DNA from: Candidatus Zixiibacteriota bacterium
GTDB taxonomy: Bacteria > Zixibacteria > MSB-5A5 > DASWLN01
Direction of reading: 5' to 3'
Assembly (NCBI GenBank): GCA_036396115.1
Contig: DASWLN010000168.1
Span: forward strand, 3,362-67,361
DNA length: 64,000 bases
In this document: positions 57,043 to 64,000 of the stretch, piece after piece
Layout of the letters: the number at the start of each line of letters is the position of its first letter
Position numbering within the stretch: the first letter of the stretch is position 1
Notes under the pieces: generated by a model
What the model saw: the letters and a program-made list of their open reading frames with translations, nothing else
Databases searched by the model: none
What the model was told of the DNA's origin: nothing
Position numbers and translations under genes: made by a program

Positions 57043-57696
57043 ATGCGCAGAGAGGTACCGATAGCCATAACAGCAGTAGTAGGCATCATCTTTTTGATGT
57101 CATACTTCACGCCCCATTTCCCCTTAAATGTATTGCACAACTCGGCAACTGATATATTTATGATAATCGCTGCCTTTTCCATCCTCTTAGGGGTTCTAAA
57201 TCTGGTCCGGGTGAATCTGGAGAAAATATCCAAAAAGAAGAGGGATTGGCCCTTCAGCATAGTTTTGATCTTAGGTCTTCTGGTTATGACTATCGTGGGA
57301 TTGGGTTTCTCGAAAGGCAGAAATTTCATGGAGCTGGGGACTAACTTCCGCTACCTGTACGATTATGTGTATAATCCCCTATCAGCCACCATGTTCTCCA
57401 TTCTGGCTTTTTTCATTGCCTCTGCCTCTTACCGTGCTTTTCGTGGACGTAACTTAGAGGCAACCCTGCTTTTGGTGGCGGCTTTTGTAGTTATGCTGGG
57501 AAGAGTCCCAATAGGTTATTATCTTTCCTCCTGGCTACCAACAAATTATCATCTGGGAGATGCTGCTAGCTGGATTATGAACGTTCCTCAAAAGGCGGGA
57601 CAAAGAGCAATCATGATTGGCATTGCTTTAGGTGTGGTCTCAACTTCGATACGTATCATCCTGGGCTTGGAGCGGACCTATCTGGGTGGGGAATAG
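57043..57696 (+). CDS. Module protein B1: polytopic membrane protein
   Basis: MRREVP; MFSILAFFIASASYRAFR; ILGLERTYLG; paralog of 60540. Confidence 0.8.
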   Translation: MRREVPIAITAVVGIIFLMSYFTPHFPLNVLHNSATDIFMIIAAFSILLGVLNLVRVNLEKISKKKRDWPFSIVLILGLLVMTIVGLGFSKGRNFMELGTNFRYLYDYVYNPLSATMFSILAFFIASASYRAFRGRNLEATLLLVAAFVVMLGRVPIGYYLSSWLPTNYHLGDAASWIMNVPQKAGQRAIMIGIALGVVSTSIRIILGLERTYLGGE

Positions 57697-57717
57697 AAAC
57701 TATTTTGGAGGAAATAA

Positions 57718-58569
57718 GTGAACTTTTTTGAGAAGCTTTTGGTCATTGACCGCCGAGTTATCTTTCTTTTCGTGGCTGTGGCTATTGCCGTTCCCCTCTT
57801 TTTCAAAGTCAATCTGAAAGTCGATATCACTCCCGAAGTAAGGAAAGTTTACGATATAATGGAGAATCTGCCGGAGGGGTCTAAGGTACTAGTCGCTTTC
57901 GATTACGATCCCGGCTCCATGCCGGAACTTCAGCCCATGGCGGAATCCTTTATCAGGCACTGCATAAGAAAAAAATTGAAGATGATTATTATGGGTTTGT
58001 GGCCCCAGGGGTTTATTCAGGCGAATCAGGCTTTGGAGAAGGTGCTGAAAGAAGAAGAATTCAAGGATGTTAAGCTAGAGGAAGGTGTGGATTGGGTCAA
58101 CTTGGGTTATGCTGCAGGGAATGAGGTGGTCATTGAGAGGATGGGAAGCGATATTTCAGCTGTTTTTGCTGCAGATTATAGAGGCATGAAATTAGGCAAT
58201 CTGCCTTTAATGAAAGGCGTCAAAAACTTCAGCAATATCGATTTCATATATAACCTGTCCGCTGGTTATCCGGGAACACAGGAGTGGGTGCAGTTTGCGG
58301 TTGATAAATTTGGCGCTAAATTAGCGGCTGGAAACACTGCGGTGCAAGCGCCCCTGATCTACCCTTTTTATCCTAAACAGCTTTTGGGGGTGTTGGGTGG
58401 TATGAAAGGGGCAGCAGAATATGAAGTTCTGATGGGAATTCCTGCTACGGGGGTAAAATACATGTTCTCACAGTCAGTTGCCCATGGAGTGGTCTGTTTC
58501 TTTGTTATAATAGGTAATTTAGCTTTCTTTTTAACCAGAGGTAAAAGAAAAAGCGGAGGTCAAAAGTGA
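57718..58569 (+). CDS. Module protein C1: TM-soluble domain-TM protein
   Basis: DRR, DYDP...EL.P, GVDWVNLGY, GGMKGAAEYE, IIGN; paralog of 61194. Confidence 0.8.
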   Translation: MNFFEKLLVIDRRVIFLFVAVAIAVPLFFKVNLKVDITPEVRKVYDIMENLPEGSKVLVAFDYDPGSMPELQPMAESFIRHCIRKKLKMIIMGLWPQGFIQANQALEKVLKEEEFKDVKLEEGVDWVNLGYAAGNEVVIERMGSDISAVFAADYRGMKLGNLPLMKGVKNFSNIDFIYNLSAGYPGTQEWVQFAVDKFGAKLAAGNTAVQAPLIYPFYPKQLLGVLGGMKGAAEYEVLMGIPATGVKYMFSQSVAHGVVCFFVIIGNLAFFLTRGKRKSGGQK

Positions 58570-59234
58570 GCGAAGCTATTGGACTATGGATCGGCGCGCT
58601 TTTGACTTTGGGGATTTTTAGTTTTCTCTATAAGGACAACCCTCTTTATAAATTTTGCGAAGCCCTTTTTGTAGGAATCTCTGCGGGGTATTTTGTCGTT
58701 ATTTCATATTGGCAGATCATAGTTGCAAAAATGGTGGATGTGCTCAGGGTGGGTTTCGATTATTGGATAGTCTTGAGATATTTTGATTTTCAGAGCTGGC
58801 TTCCGCTGTTGGGAGGCGTTTTTGGAATCTTGATGCTTTTGCGTCTGTTCCCCAAGATCGGTTGGATATCGCGTTGGTCATTGGCTTTAGTGGTTGGCAC
58901 CACAGCCGGCTTATATTTCACCGTCTACTTAGTGAGCAATGGTATGATGCAAGTCAAGAGCACCATAATCCCTTTGTATGTGGCTGGGGATATGAGCACA
59001 ACCATCGGCAATATCGTGGTGGTCTTAGGCACCGTCTGTGGGCTGATTTACTTTTTCTTCTCCAAAGAGCATAAAGGCGTTTTTGGCGGAGTGGCTAAGA
59101 TAGGAATCTGGTTTATTATGATTACCTTTGGGGCCTCTTTTGGTTATACTGTTATGTCGCGTATGTCGCTATTGATTGGAAGGATGGATTATTTGGGGAT
59201 ATCTTTTGGGGAATTTTTGAAGTTGCTTAAGTGA
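58566..59234 (+). CDS. Module protein D1: polytopic membrane protein
   Basis: FSFLYKDNPLYKF.E..VGISAGY; YFFFSKEHKG; paralog of 62066. Confidence 0.8.
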   Translation: MSEAIGLWIGALLTLGIFSFLYKDNPLYKFCEALFVGISAGYFVVISYWQIIVAKMVDVLRVGFDYWIVLRYFDFQSWLPLLGGVFGILMLLRLFPKIGWISRWSLALVVGTTAGLYFTVYLVSNGMMQVKSTIIPLYVAGDMSTTIGNIVVVLGTVCGLIYFFFSKEHKGVFGGVAKIGIWFIMITFGASFGYTVMSRMSLLIGRMDYLGISFGEFLKLLK

Positions 59235-59267
59235 AATAGAAGAGTTAAATTATAAAAAGCAATATTA

Positions 59268-59332
59268 GTATCCCCGCCTTGGCCTAAAAGAGCGGGAAAC
59301 CTTGGCCCATCTTGAGGGCAAGATGGGTTTAC
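59268..59332. repeat. Two-hairpin doublet related to 24764..24824
   Basis: CCCATCTTG-AGGG-CAAGATGGGTTTAC versus CCCACGTTG-AGGG-CAACGTGGGTTTAC. Confidence 0.75.
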
Positions 59333-59348
59333 TGCTTACAAAAAGCAA

Positions 59349-60536
59349 ATGAAAAAGAGAAGGTCATATCCTTTAATTCTATTCTTGCTGTTAGGGTTTC
59401 TTTTGATTTGGGTTATTGCTTTTGCCCAAGAAGAATCTCCCTTACCTCCAAGCCAGGTCAAGGTCAAAGACACACCCAATGACAATGGTCATTCCTTAAC
59501 CATCACCTGGAAGTCATCACCGGACAGCGCCAAGATTCTAGGTTATGAGATTTTGAGGTCTGATTCTCCGGATGGTGAATTTAAAGTGGTGGGACAGGCA
59601 TTAGCCACAGATACCTTATATAAGGACAAGGGAGATAAGGAAAAAGAAAGCCCCAACTATTTCCCCAGTCATAAGAATTTTTATTACAAAGTAAGAGCAA
59701 AAACGGATGGACTGTCTTCCGAGTCAGAAATCTCCTTACCAGCTTATGCTTTCCAGCAATGGTATCACGCTGGGAAAACCCCGGTGTTGGTAGCAGTCCT
59801 CATCTTCAGCACCTTAACCCTGATCTTCATCAGCAAAGCCAAAAAAGGCAAGGAGCTTTATGTTAGACCTCTGGCTGGAATTGGGGCAGTGGATGAGGCG
59901 ATTGGCCGTGCGACCGAAATGGGAAGACCTATACTTTTCATTTTAGGCTTAGGAACCGCGGCGGATATCGCCACGATTGCTGGTTTTACCATCTTGAGCC
60001 GAGTAGCAAAAAGAACAGCGGAATATAAGACTAGAATAATAGTTCCCTGCAATGACCCCATTGTGATGGCAGTTGCTCAGGAAACAGTGAAGGCGGCTTA
60101 CATGGATGCCGGCAGACCGGAGGCTTATGAAGAAAAGAACATATTCTTTCTCACCTCCATGCAGTTTGCTTATGTGGCTGGGGTGAATGGAATAATGTTA
60201 AGAGAAAGGACCGCCACCAACTTCTATATGGGACTGTTCTACGCGGAATCGTTAATCTTGGCAGAGACCGGCTCAATTGCCGGCTCAATTCAGATCTCGG
60301 GGACTGACCAGATGTCTCAACTTCCTTTCTTTGTGGCGGCAACCGACTATACTCTAATCGGCGAAGAGCTTTATGCGGCAAGCGCCTATCTGGGTAGAGA
60401 GCCGTTGCTTTTGGGAGCGCTCAAAGCGCAAGATTGGGCCAAGGGGATACTTTTGATTTGTTTAATACTAGGAACTATCTTCACCAGTTTACATTTAGAT
60501 TTCTTTGCTAACCTTTTCAAATTCAGTTTGGAATAA
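59349..60536 (+). CDS. Module protein A2: signal peptide + Fn3-like + DUF6754-like
   Basis: Same motifs as A1 (DTPND.G.S.T.TW; DEAIGRATEMGR; DYTLIGEELYAASAYL). Confidence 0.8.
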   Translation: MKKRRSYPLILFLLLGFLLIWVIAFAQEESPLPPSQVKVKDTPNDNGHSLTITWKSSPDSAKILGYEILRSDSPDGEFKVVGQALATDTLYKDKGDKEKESPNYFPSHKNFYYKVRAKTDGLSSESEISLPAYAFQQWYHAGKTPVLVAVLIFSTLTLIFISKAKKGKELYVRPLAGIGAVDEAIGRATEMGRPILFILGLGTAADIATIAGFTILSRVAKRTAEYKTRIIVPCNDPIVMAVAQETVKAAYMDAGRPEAYEEKNIFFLTSMQFAYVAGVNGIMLRERTATNFYMGLFYAESLILAETGSIAGSIQISGTDQMSQLPFFVAATDYTLIGEELYAASAYLGREPLLLGALKAQDWAKGILLICLILGTIFTSLHLDFFANLFKFSLE

Positions 60537-60539
60537 GAT

Positions 60540-61190
60540 ATGAGAAGACAACTTCCCATCTTGGTAGTTTTCATATCCGGGATTTTCATGGCGATACAGT
60601 ATTTTGTTCCCAGTGAGCCGGCAGAGTTTGTGCAGGAATACGCTATGGACTGGGTAATAGTTATTGGAGTATTTGCCATGGGTTTGGGATTGTGGAGCTT
60701 GACTAAAGTAAACTGGATCAAGGTTCAAAGACAAACGCCAGGTTGGGGTTATAATTTAGTCACCATTTTGGGAATGGTTTTTATGTTGGTGGTGGGACTG
60801 ATTTGGGATCCAGGATTAGGGTTTTTCCCGGGAGAAAAGTCGCAAGTAAGTGGAACCTGGTTTATGAACTTTTTCTGGTATATCTATCTTCCCATTCAGA
60901 CGGTTATGTTTTCCCTTTTAGCTTTTTATATTGCATCGGCGGCTTATCGCGCTTTCAGGGCAAGAACCATCTTAGCAAGTATTTTACTTGTTACCGCCAT
61001 AGTGATTATGTTGCGCCTTATTCCATTGGGAGCTGTTTCCGGCATAAACCAGTGGTTGGCTAACTGGATTCTGATAGTCCCCAATATGGCGGCTAAAAGA
61101 GCTATCTGGATGGGGGTTGGTTTGGGAATGGTGGCTATGGCCTTAAAGATAGTTTTGGGTATTGAACGTTCTTATATGGGCAGAGATTAA
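60540..61190 (+). CDS. Module protein B2
   Basis: MRRQLP; MFSLLAFYIASAAYRAFR; LGIERSYMG. Confidence 0.8.
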   Translation: MRRQLPILVVFISGIFMAIQYFVPSEPAEFVQEYAMDWVIVIGVFAMGLGLWSLTKVNWIKVQRQTPGWGYNLVTILGMVFMLVVGLIWDPGLGFFPGEKSQVSGTWFMNFFWYIYLPIQTVMFSLLAFYIASAAYRAFRARTILASILLVTAIVIMLRLIPLGAVSGINQWLANWILIVPNMAAKRAIWMGVGLGMVAMALKIVLGIERSYMGRD

Positions 61191-61193
61191 TTT

Positions 61194-62051
61194 ATGGGTT
61201 TCTATGAAAAATTGATGAGTCTGGACCGCAGATGGGTCTATCTATGTGTGGCGATTGCAGTGGTTTTGCCGTTTCTTTTAGAAGAATTCGGGGTTCCGAT
61301 ATTTATACCACCCTATATTACTCCAGAAGTGAAAAGCGTTTACAACTTTGTAGAGAAACTAAGAGAAGATGATGTACTTTTTCTGGCTATCGATTACGAT
61401 CCGATGGCCAAGGCGGAGTTGCACCCTGTGGCTAGGGCAGTATTAAAACAGTGTTTCAAAAAGAATGTCAAGGTTATCATTTCCGCTCTTAGTCAAAATG
61501 GTCCGGGAATGGCAGAGCAGCTTATATCCCAGACTGCTAAAGAATATAACAAAGTTGATGGGGTAGATTATGTTTATTTGGGATACAAACCCTTTCCGGC
61601 CCTGGTGATTATGGGTATGAGCCAGAATTTTAAGTTGTTCTTCCCTAAGGACTATTACGGCACCCCGCTTGATTCTTTGCCTATGATGGCAAAAGTAAGA
61701 AACATCAAAGACACTAAGGGAGTGATTGACGTTGCAGCGGGAAGTGTGGCGGATATGTGGATAAATGAAGGTGCCGGAAGATACAACTATCCATTAGCTT
61801 TAGCAGTTACTGGAGTTATGGCTGCGGACTATTATCCTTTTTTGAATTCAGGTCAACTATTTGGACTGGTGAGTGGAATGAAAGGCGCGGCTGAATATGA
61901 GTATTTAATGGAGAAAGGTGGGTATATGAAAAAAGAGGAGTTTGACGCTTCTCGCGGTATGCCCATCCAGATGTTTGCCCATATTGTAGTCATACTCTTC
62001 ATTATCATTGGAAATGTCGGGTATTTTATGTCTAGAAGAAAAAAGTCTTAA
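61194..62051 (+). CDS. Module protein C2
   Basis: DRRW, DYDP..AELHP, GVDYVYLGY, SGMKGAAEYE. Confidence 0.8.
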   Translation: MGFYEKLMSLDRRWVYLCVAIAVVLPFLLEEFGVPIFIPPYITPEVKSVYNFVEKLREDDVLFLAIDYDPMAKAELHPVARAVLKQCFKKNVKVIISALSQNGPGMAEQLISQTAKEYNKVDGVDYVYLGYKPFPALVIMGMSQNFKLFFPKDYYGTPLDSLPMMAKVRNIKDTKGVIDVAAGSVADMWINEGAGRYNYPLALAVTGVMAADYYPFLNSGQLFGLVSGMKGAAEYEYLMEKGGYMKKEEFDASRGMPIQMFAHIVVILFIIIGNVGYFMSRRKKS

Positions 62052-62065
62052 AGGGGAGATAAGGC

Positions 62066-62797
62066 GTGAGCTTAGTTGATTTTATGTGGATGAGCATAGG
62101 TGCTCTTTTGACGCTTTTCACATTCTCCTATCTGTATAAAGATAACCCATTCTATAAATTCGCCGAGCATCTGGTAGTGGGAGTCTCAGCCGGATATTTT
62201 GCAGTGCTTCTTTATTATAGCTCTTTTATGCCAAAGGTCATAGATACGGTATTCAGGCCTATTGAATGGAAATATTTTATCCTGGCTTTCAAACAGATAA
62301 AGCCAGAGTATCTATTGGCAGCACTCAAAGGTAGTCAGTGGTGGTATCTTGTCCCGGGGATATTAGGGGTTATGATGTGGACTCGTTTCTCCAGAAAACT
62401 TTCCTGGATTTCTCGCTTCTCACTTGCCTTCTACATGGGCATAGGAATTGGTGCCTCCATACCCTTGACTTTGCAGAACTATGTGTTGAAGCATTTGACT
62501 TCGACTATACAGCCGGTCAATTTCACCAGCTTAACCGGAATATGGCGGCTTTTGATAGTGATTCTTGTATTTTGTACCTTGGTTTATTTCTTTTTCTCTC
62601 GCGAGCACAAAGGGGCATTCGGAGCTTCCGCCAAAGTCGGAATATGGGTTCTAATGATTGCTTTTGGAGCGGGATTTGGTTTAACGGTTATGGGCAGGGT
62701 GGCGCTTCTGGCGGAGAGGGTTATTTTCCTGAGGGATTATTGGGTTGAGTTGAAATATTTCCTTTATATGCTTTTCAAATACGGGATGCTGCTTTAA
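62066..62797 (+). CDS. Module protein D2
   Basis: FSYLYKDNPFYKFAEHLVVGVSAGY; YFFFSREHKG. Confidence 0.8.
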   Translation: MSLVDFMWMSIGALLTLFTFSYLYKDNPFYKFAEHLVVGVSAGYFAVLLYYSSFMPKVIDTVFRPIEWKYFILAFKQIKPEYLLAALKGSQWWYLVPGILGVMMWTRFSRKLSWISRFSLAFYMGIGIGASIPLTLQNYVLKHLTSTIQPVNFTSLTGIWRLLIVILVFCTLVYFFFSREHKGAFGASAKVGIWVLMIAFGAGFGLTVMGRVALLAERVIFLRDYWVELKYFLYMLFKYGMLL

Positions 62798-62815
62798 CCC
62801 CAACCCCTTATAAAT

Positions 62816-63619
62816 TTGATCTCTAAAATTATCTTCTATTTATCATTCTGGTTTGATTTCAATCGGGTCAATGTCTTAGTTACACTTCTGGTCTTCTTTT
62901 CCTTCCTGATTTATTTTATCGGAAGAGCCAAAAAAGGGAAATCCCTTTTTATTCGTCGCATTGCCGGCTTGGATGCTATCGAGGAGGCAGTTGGCCGCGC
63001 CACCGAGATGGGAAGGCCCGTACTTTATATCCCCGGAATAGAAGATATGGATAACATTCAAACCGTAGCCAGCATGATAATCTTAGGTAACGTTGCCAAG
63101 ATGGCAGCGCGCTATGAGACTACCTTGATTGTTCCCATCTGTAGGCCGTTTGTGGTGCCGGTGGCAGAGGAATCAGTGCAGCAGGGCTACATGGCTGCTG
63201 GCCGTCCGGATGCTTACGATAAGAACAGTGTGCGTTATATCTCAGATGAGCAGTTCGCCTATACTGCCGGGGTGAATGGGATAATGCTACGGGATAAACC
63301 AGCCGCAAATCTCTTGTTCGGGTCCTTCTTCGCTGAGTCATTGATTATGGCTGAAACCGGCTTTTCCACCGGAGCGATTCAGGTAGCAGGCACAGCTAAT
63401 ATTCATCAACTTCCTTTCTTTGTGGTAGCTTGCGATTACACCATAATTGGAGAGGAGCTTTATGCGGTCTCGGCTTATCTTTCCAAGGAGCCGAAACTCT
63501 TGGGAACACTTAAAGGTTCTGATTTGGCAAAGCTTATTATAATGATAATACTCATTTTGGGCGCGATTTTAGCCACAGCTAATGTCGAGTGGTTTAGAAA
63601 TCTGTTTTTTGTGCAGTAA
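62816..63619 (+). CDS. Module protein A3: DUF6754-like, no Fn3 domain
   Basis: IRRIAGLDAIEEAVGRATEMGR; QLPFFVVACDYTIIGEELYA; start uncertain (TTG). Confidence 0.8.
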   Translation: MISKIIFYLSFWFDFNRVNVLVTLLVFFSFLIYFIGRAKKGKSLFIRRIAGLDAIEEAVGRATEMGRPVLYIPGIEDMDNIQTVASMIILGNVAKMAARYETTLIVPICRPFVVPVAEESVQQGYMAAGRPDAYDKNSVRYISDEQFAYTAGVNGIMLRDKPAANLLFGSFFAESLIMAETGFSTGAIQVAGTANIHQLPFFVVACDYTIIGEELYAVSAYLSKEPKLLGTLKGSDLAKLIIMIILILGAILATANVEWFRNLFFVQ

Positions 63620-63633
63620 TTTTGTATGTAGCA

Positions 63634-63843
63634 GGGTTGGCCAAGAAGTCTATTGTCATCGCGAGTGACCAGGGGGAGCGTGGCGATCTCGATTTCATAA
63701 TCCATGATGTTATAAGAGATTGCCACGTCGTCCGCCGCAGGCCCTCGGCTTCCCTCGGCTTCGCCGAGAGGCGAGCGCCGAGAGGCGAGCGAGACTCCTC
63801 GCAATGACAGCCGAGGAATGTTTGAGTGAATTAAAAGACCCTT
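63634..63843. mobile_element. Inverted relative of the 11358..11531 element carrying self-nested 24-mers
   Basis: GGGTTGGCCAAGAAGTCTATTGTCATCGCGAG and GACTCCTCGCAATGACAGCCGAG..GTTT...TGAAT.AAAAGA.CCTT match the reverse complement of the 11.4 kb element. Confidence 0.7.
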
Positions 63844-63986
63844 AAGATATTGACAAAATGGGTGTCATTCTGAGTAAAGCGAAGAATCTCTAGTCTTTGA
63901 TTTATGATAAGGCGAGATGGATTCGCTTCGCTCACCATGACAATCCCCCGCGCTTTTCAACATATCCACTAGAGGAAAAGGATTTT

Positions 63987-64000
63987 ATGCGACGCGAAGT
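63987..64000 (+). CDS. Probable start of module protein B3 (cut by window end)
   Basis: ATG CGA CGC GAA GT = MRREV, identical to the B1 N-terminus, following A3; purine-rich RBS upstream. Confidence 0.6.

Overview
Bacterial chromosomal window, probably origin-proximal. Gene order and content suggest a diderm anaerobe, possibly of the FCB group such as Zixibacteria (inference only). 1-10 kb: rpmH(3' end)-rnpA-yidD-yidC-mnmE-mnmG-[inserted membrane gene]-rsmG-parA-parB-M23 peptidase-bactofilin, with two parS palindromes and a DnaA-box/IHF-like intergenic region. 10-30 kb: housekeeping genes (nfo, ilvC, rarA, hemW, lepB, lepA, pth, rpsF-rpsR-DUF2232-rplI) and TPR proteins. Nearly every long intergenic gap holds nested palindromic repeats, and a GIY-YIG gene sits inside one of them. 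30-36 kb and 55.9-64 kb: an uncharacterised gene set, comprising a GlmL/MutL-like actin-fold protein and partners plus a four-gene membrane module present as two full copies and the start of a third. 36-55.7 kb: an accessory/defence island with no integrase in view (AbiE, HEPN, PHP-ATPase, truncated hsdM, Dam-like RM locus, TcmP + radical SAM, HEPN-CBS, Fic and others). Its gene blocks are separated by one family of GTAG-type REP arrays, and it ends in a split, inactivated REP-associated tyrosine transposase (RAYT). No tRNA, rRNA or CRISPR array was seen. All family calls come from motif recognition by eye, not from database searches.
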